Shown: in pieces, positions 10,701-18,622 of the stretch
Layout of the letters: each line of letters begins with the position of its first letter
Position numbering within the stretch: the first letter of the stretch is position 1
From: Candidatus Subterrananammoxibius californiae
GTDB lineage: Bacteria; Planctomycetota; Brocadiia; Brocadiales; Subterrananammoxibiaceae
Assembly: GCA_030586555.1 (NCBI GenBank)
Contig: JAURAC010000028.1
Coordinates: 1 to 40,777, forward strand
DNA length: 40,777 nt
Direction of reading: 5' to 3'
Translations under genes and position numbers: made by a program
Notes under the pieces: generated by a model
Told to the model about the DNA's origin: nothing
Database searches by the model: none
Seen by the model: the letters and a program-made list of their open reading frames with translations, nothing else

Positions 10701-11518
10701 CCTTCGACACAATAGGTAACCCCGCTATATCTTATAAGGATGGTGCTAACAAGGACCTCAAGTATGCTCACTTTAATGGCACTACATGGGATATAACAAC
10801 AGTTGACTCTGCAGGAAACGCCGGTGAGAACAGCTCCCTCGCCTTTGATGGATCAGGGAATCCCGCTATAGCATATATGGAGGCAGACAACGGAAAAATT
10901 AAGTTTGCTCACTTTGTGCCATGCCCATCAACAACCACAACAACGAGTACGACAATCACTACTACTACCACAAGTACAACCACGACTACAAGTACAACGA
11001 CTACGCGGACTACAACATCTACAACGAGTAGCACAACAACCACACGCACAACCACGAGTACGAGCACAACAACTAAAACCACTACGACGACATCTACGAG
11101 TACGACATCTACAACCACCACAACGACCTCTACTACATGTCTTACCTGTACAACGACTACAACGTCATCTACGAGTACTACAAGTACGATAACCACTACA
11201 ACTACGAGTACTACGACTACAACTGTTGTAAACCGGTGTTCTGCCGATAGCCCATTGGGATGTATATCGGGTTATGTGAAGAAAAAGAACCCGGGAGAGT
11301 TGCTTGCAGGAAAAACCGTGCAGTTAAAGAGGGTATCCCCGAGAAGACCAAGGATAAAAAAGGAAATTGTAACAGACAGTGATGGCTATTATCGTTTCAC
11401 TGGTCTTGAGGATGGTACATACAAAATAAACGTAACAAAATGTAAAGGTGGAGGCTATAAAATCGTTGTTATCAATGGAGGAACGAAGGTAAATGATACG
11501 GATTTTGAGTGTAAATAG
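7727..11518 (+). CDS. Large secreted protein (1263 aa): CARDB-like, Zn-dependent PLC/P1-nuclease-like, Ig/IPT-like, Thr-rich linker, 7-repeat beta-propeller, Thr-rich linker, carboxypeptidase-regulatory-like domain
   Basis: ATG at 7727 follows GGGGAGGA and opens a signal peptide (MKSKKYLFLICLFLL...ALA). Motifs VHKWIT, RHFY, LGHVLHLIED...EH, YE. Seven SLAFD..GNPAI(S/A)Y repeats. The ORF-track start at 7466 runs through repeat DNA. Confidence 0.8.
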   Translation: MKSKKYLFLICLFLLSSFCIPNTIALAEYAAQDIAVTQIGFVEEQTVVSGDAIFLTVTVEVENKGIDDAQNIPITVYVGEEIIAQDTIHYLYAGEILNFSYDWAISAQTIPYKSNLRAEIGFIEERDEYIDKGTMSRSFTLIEENGKIVIRYSVPVHKWITRQAVEFLKARTNIQALKDELTNAVIDILALGAQQEDCTTFMEPYCAYPADVNARWLRHFYRPTDGRGYYSAGIWYDSALAWAEGGIRDPVNSYDWYDARLKYTSGDKGGAYLALGHVLHLIEDVSLPEHTHLECHTDAYHAPCGPLGYETYVTNNLFTSESALLPLEIYRVLYYLSNYSSYYNDDLEHIPSTPTPPHTDYTGNAISNNGIVKFNNIGYYIRNLAKTSYYLNRHKADLSDTSKSGSSIGPLGLMFPSTKLYYSWWHSCWFIPDLDGWFTEGGCLDTWSNNGSWWEVADEQENNYDSEKGFYYIEDTQHAIPSYYKTYWDPDKTDGSNDKYDGYNSYGLSLAELYARDLIPLAIRYVAGAIELFWMQTHPPSITSVNSGNSVVGSNNKQWIPIGGSNFVSGFSATFKDVTNNVTYPTITDPTRLSFISGSQVSVEAGVGTDSATWSVIITNPVGLASNEFQFSVVPPGTTTTTTTTTTRTTTTTSTTRTTTTTSTTTTQPPGTTTTTTTTTITSTTIQGQTTTTSTTTTTSSTTTTTLGTPTTTVPCQWNIYPIDFGNGYTSLAFDTSGNPAISYRSEIDRLKYAYFNGTSWIVTTVDSSMRVDMYISLAFDASGNPAISYYDPTNRDLKYAHDKNGDGDFADPGEIISVDPAGNAGSHNSLAFDSSGNPAISYHEEYYYYNLKYAHDKNGDGDFADAGEIVTADSPHRVGLYTSLAFDSLDNPAISYYDDFEQDLKYAHDANGDGDFTDPGEIITVDSEGPVGSYTSLAFDTSGNPAISYSDPINNGLKYAHDTNGDGDFTDPGEIITVDTTGDDVWFTSLAFDTIGNPAISYKDGANKDLKYAHFNGTTWDITTVDSAGNAGENSSLAFDGSGNPAIAYMEADNGKIKFAHFVPCPSTTTTTSTTITTTTTSTTTTTSTTTTRTTTSTTSSTTTTRTTTSTSTTTKTTTTTSTSTTSTTTTTTSTTCLTCTTTTTSSTSTTSTITTTTTSTTTTTVVNRCSADSPLGCISGYVKKKNPGELLAGKTVQLKRVSPRRPRIKKEIVTDSDGYYRFTGLEDGTYKINVTKCKGGGYKIVVINGGTKVNDTDFECK
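9916..10915 (+). repeat. Intragenic beta-propeller repeats (7 units, 138-162 bp period)
   Basis: ctccct(t/c)gcctt(t/c)ga starts at 9916, 10054, 10213, 10375, 10534, 10693 and 10834. Confidence 0.88.
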
Positions 11519-11557
11519 TTAGCCCAAATCAGTTCATAGTTCGTGGCTCATAGGGGA

Positions 11558-11676
11558 CACACCCCTTAATCCCCTCTTGATAGAGGGGAAAGGTGAGAGG
11601 ATGGGTGAGGAGGCATGTTGCATTGACATGGTCAATGCACTCCCCACACCCCTTAGTCCCCTCTTAATAGAGTGGA
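11558..11676 (+). repeat. Two 32-bp direct copies of a CCCCT..AGGGG hairpin element
   Basis: cacaccccttaatcccctcttgatagagggga (11558-11589) and cacaccccttagtcccctcttaatagagtgga (11645-11676). A 9-bp-stem palindrome (11619-11639) lies between them. Confidence 0.75.
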
Positions 11677-11689
11677 GGAGGCGAGCAAA

Positions 11690-12283
11690 ATGAAAAAAGT
11701 TCTGATTATTTTTGGAATCTTGCTGATGGTGCATAGCCTGAGTACGTGGAAGGTTTTTCCTTCCGAGATTAGAACCGTTACGACCAAATCATGTCCTCCT
11801 ACTACATGTCCTGCTTACGGCACTTACTGCAGGGATGCAGATGGGGATGGATACGGGGACCCAGCCGATAGCATTGTGCATTGCATTCAAGAGCTTGGGT
11901 ATGTTCCCAATTGCACGGATTGTGACGATACAGACCAAAATGTACATGGGGATTGTGGATGCCAGTGTCCCGAGTTTAGTGTTACGGGCTGTATATCGGG
12001 TACTGTGGTAAATGGTCCGAATGGGCCGCCGCTTCCTGGGATGACCGTCATATTAAAGAATATGAGAACAGGGATTGAGGATGAGGTTACAACGGATAGT
12101 ATTGGATGCTATCTTTTTACCAACCTTATGGGTAGATATATTTTAAAGTTAAAAGGATGTAAAAGTAGAAGCAGTAAAAGAGAAAGAACCGTAGTTTTCG
12201 TTGATTTTGGAACGGTAAATAAGAATATAGTATGGTGGCGTAACAGATGCCTTACGAGGTGTTTTTATAGAGTTGAAGATTAA
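11690..12283 (+). CDS. Secreted Cys-rich protein with a MopE-related (DxDGDGYG...DCDD) motif and a carboxypeptidase-regulatory-like domain
   Basis: ATG at 11690 after GGAGGAGG. Signal peptide MKKVLIIFGILL. Motif YCRDADGDGYGDP...DCDDTD. Confidence 0.72.
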   Translation: MKKVLIIFGILLMVHSLSTWKVFPSEIRTVTTKSCPPTTCPAYGTYCRDADGDGYGDPADSIVHCIQELGYVPNCTDCDDTDQNVHGDCGCQCPEFSVTGCISGTVVNGPNGPPLPGMTVILKNMRTGIEDEVTTDSIGCYLFTNLMGRYILKLKGCKSRSSKRERTVVFVDFGTVNKNIVWWRNRCLTRCFYRVED

Positions 12284-12388
12284 ACCTGTAAAAGGGATTC
12301 TTCCCGCCTGAGGCGGGCTCAGAATGACAGCAAGTAGGGGCACGTTGTCCGCCTGAGGATGATTAAATACGTAATTAAAACAAAGTTA

Positions 12389-12458
12389 CCCCCTCCCTGC
12401 CCTCCCCCCTCGACACGTCATGACGACATGTCATGAGGGGGAGGGATAGGGTGGGGGG
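12389..12458. repeat. Polypyrimidine/polypurine hairpin element overlapping the lgt 3' end
   Basis: C-rich arm 12389-12411 and G-rich arm 12435-12458 are imperfect complements. The lgt stop codon lies in the loop. Confidence 0.7.
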
Positions 12459-13320
12459 ATTTTTTTAACCTGCCCGCAACGAATATACACGTTGCTACAA
12501 TGAAAAACACCACACTGATAGCCTGTGAAATGGTTAATCCATAAATAATATGTGGGTTGTCGGCGCGAAGCAATTCTACCGCAAACCTGACAGGGGCATA
12601 TAACATTCCAAAGAGCATCATAACCTCCCCGTCCCACTTGCGGCGGCTAAAAAAGACGTACAGGATAAAAAAAATGCCGAGGTCAAGAAGTGAGGAGTAC
12701 AACTGCGTGGGATGGACGTGGAGTGAATATGCATCTGTTAATTTCACAAGCCCTTGTTCATAATGGTGGAGAAACACAGGGCTGCCATCAATAAAGCCTT
12801 CAGCATTCACAATTTTTGGGAACCTGACTGCCCACAGCAGATTGGAAAGCTTGCCGTAACAGCATCCGTTAAGAAAACACCCAATCCTGCCAAAGACAAG
12901 CCCCAATGAAGTTGCAATGACGATAATATCCATCAATTTTAAGAAGGATATTCTTTTTAATCTTGCAAAGACGGGCAGTGCGATTGTTACTGCAATTAGT
13001 CCGCCATAAAAGACCAATCCGCCCTGATATATTTTGAATATATCCAGCGGATTGTTCCTGTAGTCGCTAAAATTTTGTATTACAAAGAAAAGTCTTGCCC
13101 CAACAATCGCCGCAATAATTGTATAAATGCTGATGTCGGAAATTATATTTGGGTCAATGCGCTCACTTGCAGCCTTCCCACTTAGAGGATGGTGGGCTGA
13201 TAGCCTTCTTGCAACATAAAGTCCGGACAGAAAGGCTATCATGAGCATAAATCCGTAGGAATAGATTGGTAGGCTGGTGTGAAGAAAGGGTATAGGAATC
13301 TCAAGGAGTGTGCGTCTCAT
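12418..13320 (-). CDS. lgt: Prolipoprotein diacylglyceryl transferase
   Basis: SYG, GARL, GGLVFYGG, GRIGCFLNGCCYG, HPTQLY and RF..E..R motifs. Confidence 0.95.
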   Translation of the reverse strand: MRRTLLEIPIPFLHTSLPIYSYGFMLMIAFLSGLYVARRLSAHHPLSGKAASERIDPNIISDISIYTIIAAIVGARLFFVIQNFSDYRNNPLDIFKIYQGGLVFYGGLIAVTIALPVFARLKRISFLKLMDIIVIATSLGLVFGRIGCFLNGCCYGKLSNLLWAVRFPKIVNAEGFIDGSPVFLHHYEQGLVKLTDAYSLHVHPTQLYSSLLDLGIFFILYVFFSRRKWDGEVMMLFGMLYAPVRFAVELLRADNPHIIYGLTISQAISVVFFIVATCIFVAGRLKKSPHPIPPPHDMSS

Positions 13321-13448
13321 AGTTCATAGCTCATAGTTCATGGTAAAACTCCGAATCCCAAATCTCAAATCCCAATCTCCAATATCCAAATCTTTGGTAA
13401 TTGTTAATTGGAAATTAATTGAAATTTTGATATTGGGATTTGGAATTT
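13321..13448. repeat. Heptamer arrays between panD and lgt
   Basis: agttcat agctcat agttcat, then CCAAATC-like units (13351-13392) facing complementary T/G-rich units (13393-13448). Confidence 0.75.
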
Positions 13449-13457
13449 AATCAGCTA

Positions 13458-13817
13458 TCAGCGACGTCTCTTTATTATCTTATTTTTTTCATTAACGAAG
13501 ACTATCTTTGGCTTCCAATTCTTTGCCTTTTCATCTTCTACGAGGCAATATGAAATAATTATCACCCTATCCCCGGGCTCTGCCCATCTTGCGGCGGCGC
13601 CATTGAGGCACACTATGCCTGAATCACGTTTCCCCTCTATTACGTAAGTTTCAATCCGCATGCCATTATTAATATTTAGAATCTGCACCCGCTCGTAGCG
13701 CAATATATCTACCGCTTCAAGCAGTGTTTTATCAATAGTAATACTGCCTGTGTAGTTAAGATTTGTTTCAGTAACAGTGGCAGATTGAATCTTGGCTTTG
13801 CACATTTCCCTGAACAT
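13458..13817 (-). CDS. panD: Aspartate 1-decarboxylase
   Basis: Y.GSITID cleavage site, NG.R..TY and LNGAAAR motifs. ATG at 13817 has GGAG upstream. Confidence 0.95.
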   Translation of the reverse strand: MFREMCKAKIQSATVTETNLNYTGSITIDKTLLEAVDILRYERVQILNINNGMRIETYVIEGKRDSGIVCLNGAAARWAEPGDRVIIISYCLVEDEKAKNWKPKIVFVNEKNKIIKRRR

Positions 13818-13844
13818 CTTTAAATTCTCCACAAATCTTGAGTC

Positions 13845-13877
13845 AGCACGGACAAAACAAGCTTGTCCATGCCACCC
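13845..13877 (-). repeat. GGGTGGCA.GGACAA..TTGTCC.TGC hairpin element
   Basis: Reverse complement gggtggcatggacaagcttgttttgtccgtgctg. A relative occurs at 22351-22400. Confidence 0.65.
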
Positions 13878-13886
13878 TGCTCATAC

Positions 13887-14756
13887 TCAATCTAAAATTA
13901 TGTTATCTATAAGTCTCGTCTTCCCTATCCAGACTGCAAGGGCTGCAACGGCGCCGTCCTTGATTTCCTGCACATCTTCCAATGTGTCTGGATTGACAAT
14001 AGACACGTAGTCTATCTTGCTACTTTGTGTGCGATTAACCACGTTTACCATTTCTTTGATAATTTTCTTAGCGTCCGTTTCCCCTGAGTTTGCAAGTGAT
14101 TTCGCCTTGAGAAGAGCTTGGTAAAGACACAGCGCATCTTGCCGTTCTTCTCTGGATAGATATTGATTCCTTGAACTAAGCGCTAGTCCATCCTCATCAC
14201 GCACGGTGGGAAGCACCTTTATTTCTACATCCATGTTCAGGTCTGCAATCAGTCTTTTAATAATGACAGTTTGCTGGAAATCCTTTTGCCCAAAGTATGC
14301 GGCATCTGGTTTGACAATGTTAAAAAGTTTAGTTACCACCGTTGCAACACCGCTAAAATGCCCCAGCCTCGATGACCCGCATAACCTGTTTCCTAGGTTC
14401 TTTACATCCACTGACGTACAATACCCTTCGGGATACATCTCTTTTATGTCAGGATAGAATACAGTATCCACACCACCAACCCGGTTTAACAACTCTTTGT
14501 CCTGTTCCAGTTGGCGCGGGTATCTTTGAAAATCCTCACCGGGACAGAATTGTATCGGGTTAACAAAGATACTTACTATAACAGCATCGTTTTCCTTTTG
14601 GGCTGTACGTATCAAAGAAAGATGTCCTTCATGAAGCGCCCCCATGGTGGGTACAAAACCTATGGTTTGGTTTTCCCTTCCGCCTGAGGTGGATTTAATC
14701 AACTTAAGTTCAGAGGCTCTATCTCTCATTTCTCTAATGGTAGTTATAAGACGCAT
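13887..14756 (-). CDS. panC: Pantoate-beta-alanine ligase
   Basis: FVPTMGALHEGH, SIFVNP.QF, YFGQKD, GLALSSRN and RLIDN motifs. Confidence 0.96.
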   Translation of the reverse strand: MRLITTIREMRDRASELKLIKSTSGGRENQTIGFVPTMGALHEGHLSLIRTAQKENDAVIVSIFVNPIQFCPGEDFQRYPRQLEQDKELLNRVGGVDTVFYPDIKEMYPEGYCTSVDVKNLGNRLCGSSRLGHFSGVATVVTKLFNIVKPDAAYFGQKDFQQTVIIKRLIADLNMDVEIKVLPTVRDEDGLALSSRNQYLSREERQDALCLYQALLKAKSLANSGETDAKKIIKEMVNVVNRTQSSKIDYVSIVNPDTLEDVQEIKDGAVAALAVWIGKTRLIDNIILD

Positions 14757-14774
14757 TGGTATTAATTATTATTG

Positions 14775-14832
14775 ATGTTAGCAAGTTATAAAAAATTTGT
14801 CAATTGAAATTAGACGTTTACTGTGATAAAAT
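14775..14832. promoter_or_regulatory. Back-to-back sigma70 promoters for panC (-) and moeA (+)
   Basis: Minus strand: TTGACA(14803-14798)-17-TAACAT. Plus strand: TTGAAA(14804-14809)-17-TAAAAT(14827-14832) with an extended TG. Confidence 0.65.
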
Positions 14833-14838
14833 TCGTCC

Positions 14839-16068
14839 ATGATAACCGTTGAGGAAGCGGCTAATATAGTGCTTGAAAACGTGAGAACGCTGCCCACCAA
14901 GGAGATGGACATAGGGGATGCGTTGGGATTTTGCCTTGCGCAGGATGTGCGTTCGGATTTGGATATGCCCCCCTTTGATAAATCGGCAATGGATGGATAC
15001 GCCGTTATTGCAGAGGATACCGCCGGCGCCCCCGTAAAACTTGAAGTGGTGGAAAATATAGCTGCTGGCTATATGCCAACAAAAAGGCTTAAAAAAGGTC
15101 AGGCATCAAAGATTATGACAGGCGCTGCCCTGCCAGAGGGGGCAGACGCCGTGGTCAAGGTTGAAGAAACACATACCTCAGAAGATGGTAAACGTGTGCT
15201 GGTGCATAAAAGGATTGAAAAGGGCAAAAATGTTTCCAGGCGTGGTGAGGATATCAAGGCGGGGCAGGTCGCTCTTGCGAAGGGAACGGAGTTAAGGCCG
15301 CAGGAAATTGGCATCCTTGCCGCCATTGGGCAGAGGGTAGTCCTGGTTTTCTCTGCGCCGAGGATAGGGATAATCTCAACTGGTAGCGAGCTTGTAAAGG
15401 TAACTTCTAAGCCTATGGCTGGACAGATTAGGGATAGCAATAGTTACTCCATCGTTGCTCAGGCGAAACAACTCCATACCGAGGTTGAATTTTTGGGTAT
15501 GGTTCCTGATGATAAAATGGATATTACCAATATAATTAAGCGGGGTTTGAATAAGGACGTGCTAATACTTTCTGGCGGTGTCTCTATGGGTGAGTATGAC
15601 CTCGTGGGGGATGCGTTAATTGAGCTCGGTGTGGAAATATACTTTAAGAAGGTGGCGCTCAGGCCTGGTAAACCTACCGTATTTGGTAAAAAGGGTAACA
15701 CCATTATCTTCGCCCTTCCGGGCAACCCTGTTGCTACGCTTGTAACGTTTATACTTTTTGTCGGTCCGGCAATCAGGAAGATGATGGGTTTTGCGAATCC
15801 CATAAACAGACCGATTAAGGCTACTATTGAAACGGAGCTTATTAAGAAAAAAAAGCGCAGGGAGTATCTACCTGCTCAACTGAGACAGAATGTAGGGAAC
15901 TGGCTTGTCTCCCCGGTAGAATGGCACGGCTCAGGAGATTTATTCTCTACTACTAAAGCCAACTGTTTGCTCATTGTCCCGGAGACCGTAGATAGATTTG
16001 ACGCAGGGCAACTGGTAGATGTGCTATTGTTTAATAGCCTCGGTATAGGTCATGGGTGTAAAGGCTAA
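14839..16068 (+). CDS. moeA: Molybdopterin molybdotransferase
   Basis: PPFDKSAMDGYA, IMTGA, STG.EL, SGGVSMG, PGKP and LPGNP motifs. Confidence 0.96.
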   Translation: MITVEEAANIVLENVRTLPTKEMDIGDALGFCLAQDVRSDLDMPPFDKSAMDGYAVIAEDTAGAPVKLEVVENIAAGYMPTKRLKKGQASKIMTGAALPEGADAVVKVEETHTSEDGKRVLVHKRIEKGKNVSRRGEDIKAGQVALAKGTELRPQEIGILAAIGQRVVLVFSAPRIGIISTGSELVKVTSKPMAGQIRDSNSYSIVAQAKQLHTEVEFLGMVPDDKMDITNIIKRGLNKDVLILSGGVSMGEYDLVGDALIELGVEIYFKKVALRPGKPTVFGKKGNTIIFALPGNPVATLVTFILFVGPAIRKMMGFANPINRPIKATIETELIKKKKRREYLPAQLRQNVGNWLVSPVEWHGSGDLFSTTKANCLLIVPETVDRFDAGQLVDVLLFNSLGIGHGCKG

Positions 16069-16207
16069 AAGGCAAAGAGGTGAAAAGGTTAAAAGGCAAA
16101 AAGGCTGAAGGCTTAAGGCAAAAGGCTGAAGGAAAAAAGTTCTTTAGCCCTCAGCCTTCAACCCTCAGCCTTCAGCCTAATTTCTTTACCTCTTTACCTC
16201 TTAGCCT
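16062..16207. repeat. Nested inverted arrays: outer 8-mers, inner 7-mers
   Basis: aggctaaa aggcaaag aggtgaaa aggttaaa aggcaaaa | aggctga aggctta aggcaaa aggctga ... ttagccc tcagcct tcaaccc tcagcct tcagcct | ctttacct ctttacct cttagcct. Confidence 0.85.
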
Positions 16208-17840
16208 TCTTACCGTTCTTTTACTTTCCTTATCTTTTCCCTCGCCTGACTGTGGTTATCTTGCATGGATTGCCTTAGTACCATGGTTTATCACGATTTC
16301 AAGGGGGGAAGGGTCTGTAGCCGTTCCATCTGGAATCGTTGGGGGCGTATTTTTTATTGTAAATCTTTATTGGCTGTATTATGTAACACCACTTGGTTGG
16401 ATTTTGCTGGGTTTGTATTGTGGAGGATACTTTCTTGCCTTTGGTCTTGCAGCGAGATTTGTCATACAACGCACTCGATTACCCCTTACTGCGTTTGCAC
16501 CATTTCTGTGGGTTTCGTTTGAATATTTGAGGTCATTTATCCTTTCGGGATTTCCCTGGTTCTTTATCGGTCACACACAGTATTCATTTCTTCACGTTAT
16601 CCAGATAGCTGATATAACGGGCGTTTATGGCATATCATTCATTATTGTACTGGTTAACGCCTGCATAATGGAGATTATCCTCGCCTTTTTGAAAAAAGTT
16701 AGACAACGAGATTCGGGTGACCACTTTGTGGGCGCGTTGATTTCAACGGACATAAAGCTGAAAGCCCGCCATTTTTGGGGTGGGTCCGTTGTCTACCTAT
16801 TACTACCTTTAACCATTGTTATTGTAATATTGAGCATATTTTATGGATGTTTCAAATTAAAGGGGTATCAACCACTCGAGGGACCTACAATCTGCGTAGT
16901 TCAGGGTAATATCCCCCAGAGCCTTAAGATGGATACAAGCGAGGAACAACAGGAAAAAAACCTGAAAAAGTATTTCAGCCTGTCTGAGCAAGCTATTGGG
17001 AAAGATATTGACCTGCTTGTCTGGCCAGAGACGATGGTACCGGGGTTGCTTAACATTAACCCTGCGCTTACAGGGCGAGAGATAGATAAGCTCTCCCACG
17101 ACTCAGTCAAGACCCTTGTCCTCCAGGCCAAGTCTAATCTACTCCTGGGCGGAACTGCTATTGGTCTAACAGGGGAGGATGAACAAAGGTTTTACAACAG
17201 CGCATTCTTCTACAACAGAAATGGAAAGCTCATTGACCGCTACGATAAAATCCATCTTGTTCCTTTTGGGGAATATACACCGCTGAAGAGCATATTCCCA
17301 TTCCTCGCCCGATTAGTGCCTTACGAAGTAGGCATTTCAAGTGGGAGCAGGAGGACTATTTTTGAGCTTGATACGGTACATGGAAATAATTATAGATTTG
17401 GTGTGGTAATTTGTTACGAAGACACGGTTGCGCCACTGGTAAGGGATTTTAAGAAAGGGGGGGCTGATTTTATCCTGAATATTACTAATGATGGTTGGTT
17501 CCATGACAGCGCAGAACTTAACCAGCATCTCGCAATTATGGTATTTCGTGCGGTAGAGAATCGAGTTGGGATAGCACGTGCCGCAAACACTGGTATTTCG
17601 TCCTTTGTCTCACCAAATGGTGAAATCTATGCTCAACTCACAAAGGATAATAAGCGCAGAGAGATAGAAGGGACGCTTATTAGCAAGATTATGTTACACG
17701 AAAAGGGCAGCATTTCCTGGTACACGTCTTACGGGGATATATTTGCCCTCTTTTGCATAACTGTTTCATTTGTTATGTTGCCGGGGCTTACCTTTTACCC
17801 TGTCCTGAGGAGAAATTTAGAAAACCTGTTGCATAAGTAA
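16080..17840 (+). CDS. lnt: Apolipoprotein N-acyltransferase (start uncertain)
   Basis: GFPW, VQGNI, WPE, YDK.HLVPFGEY, ICYED, TNDGWF, RAVEN and ANTGIS motifs. Confidence 0.94.
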   Translation: MKRLKGKKAEGLRQKAEGKKFFSPQPSTLSLQPNFFTSLPLSLLTVLLLSLSFPSPDCGYLAWIALVPWFITISRGEGSVAVPSGIVGGVFFIVNLYWLYYVTPLGWILLGLYCGGYFLAFGLAARFVIQRTRLPLTAFAPFLWVSFEYLRSFILSGFPWFFIGHTQYSFLHVIQIADITGVYGISFIIVLVNACIMEIILAFLKKVRQRDSGDHFVGALISTDIKLKARHFWGGSVVYLLLPLTIVIVILSIFYGCFKLKGYQPLEGPTICVVQGNIPQSLKMDTSEEQQEKNLKKYFSLSEQAIGKDIDLLVWPETMVPGLLNINPALTGREIDKLSHDSVKTLVLQAKSNLLLGGTAIGLTGEDEQRFYNSAFFYNRNGKLIDRYDKIHLVPFGEYTPLKSIFPFLARLVPYEVGISSGSRRTIFELDTVHGNNYRFGVVICYEDTVAPLVRDFKKGGADFILNITNDGWFHDSAELNQHLAIMVFRAVENRVGIARAANTGISSFVSPNGEIYAQLTKDNKRREIEGTLISKIMLHEKGSISWYTSYGDIFALFCITVSFVMLPGLTFYPVLRRNLENLLHK

Positions 17841-17857
17841 ATGCTTTGTGATAAAAT
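17829..17857 (+). promoter_or_regulatory. Promoter for the DUF2281/PIN pair
   Basis: TTGCAT-17-TAAAAT with an extended TG. Confidence 0.55.
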
Positions 17858-17895
17858 CCCCCAGACAGTAACCTAAATGATAGAGGTGGAAGACA

Positions 17896-18105
17896 ATGCA
17901 AAGGTCGGTAATTAAAGAAAAGTTGGAGGAGTTGCCTGAGGATTTAAAAAGAGAGGTTTTGGACTATATAGATTTTTTGTTACAGAAGTATAAGAAAAAA
18001 ACCAAGAAAAGAAAGTTTAAGTTTGATTGGGAAGGTGGTCTATCAGAACTAAAAGAGAAATACACTTCTGTGGAACTTCAACACAAAGCGATGGAGTGGA
18101 GATAA
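17896..18105 (+). CDS. DUF2281 family antitoxin
   Basis: LPE.LK.EVLDYIDFL and F.WEGGL...YTSVELQH...WR motifs. Lies directly upstream of a PIN gene. Confidence 0.85.
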   Translation: MQRSVIKEKLEELPEDLKREVLDYIDFLLQKYKKKTKKRKFKFDWEGGLSELKEKYTSVELQHKAMEWR

Positions 18106-18111
18106 TGTGCA

Positions 18112-18510
18112 ATGTACCTCGTTGACACGAATATTTTCTTGGAGGTGCTACTAACTCAAGAAAAGCGAGAGGTTTGTAAAAAATTTTTGGACACTAACAT
18201 TGAAAATCTCTTTGTTTCTGACCTTTCCTTACATACAATCGGCATAATTTTATTCAGAAACAACAAAGAAGATGTCTTTCAAAGATTCGTAAATGATGTC
18301 ATTTTCAATGTAAAAATAATTACACTGAAGGTGGTGTCTTACAAAGACCTTGGAGAGATAAAAAGAGCCTTTGGATTAGATTTTGATGATGCGTATCAAT
18401 ATAAGGTTGCCAGAGAACATGACTTAAAGATGGTAACAATGGATAAGGATTTCGAAAAAGTTAAAAAAGATGCAAATGTTTTGTTTTTACAGGATGTTCC
18501 TAATATTTGA
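18112..18510 (+). CDS. vapC: PIN-domain VapC toxin
   Basis: YLVDTNIFLE, LDFDDAYQ and T.D.DF motifs. Confidence 0.9.
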   Translation: MYLVDTNIFLEVLLTQEKREVCKKFLDTNIENLFVSDLSLHTIGIILFRNNKEDVFQRFVNDVIFNVKIITLKVVSYKDLGEIKRAFGLDFDDAYQYKVAREHDLKMVTMDKDFEKVKKDANVLFLQDVPNI

Positions 18511-18584
18511 GTTGTGAGTTGCGAGCTTTGAGTTAAGAATTTTGAATTAATTCTCATAACTCCTAATTCTTAACTCTCAACTTC
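18508..18584. repeat. Inverted heptamer array (TGAGTT(A/G) / TAACTCY)
   Basis: tgagttg tgagttg cgagctt tgagtta agaattt tgaatta ... taactcc taattct taactct caacttc. Confidence 0.82.
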
Positions 18585-18622
18585 TTAACCCGTTTAGGTG
18601 TTGACTTATAACCTAAAAACAT

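Noticed and set aside
9916..10915. Near-identical repeats as a possible DGR template/variable pair, given the Avd-like gene
   Set aside because: They are in-frame propeller blades, no adenine-specific mismatch pattern was evident, and there is no reverse transcriptase in the window.
9241..11196. Val-rich or Cys/Ser-rich antisense and alternate-frame ORFs
   Set aside because: They are shadows of the Thr (ACN) tracts.
11558..11676. Two 32-bp direct repeats resembling a mini-CRISPR
   Set aside because: Only two copies, a 55-nt gap and no cas genes. The sequence belongs to the CCCCT..AGGGG hairpin family also seen at 23246.
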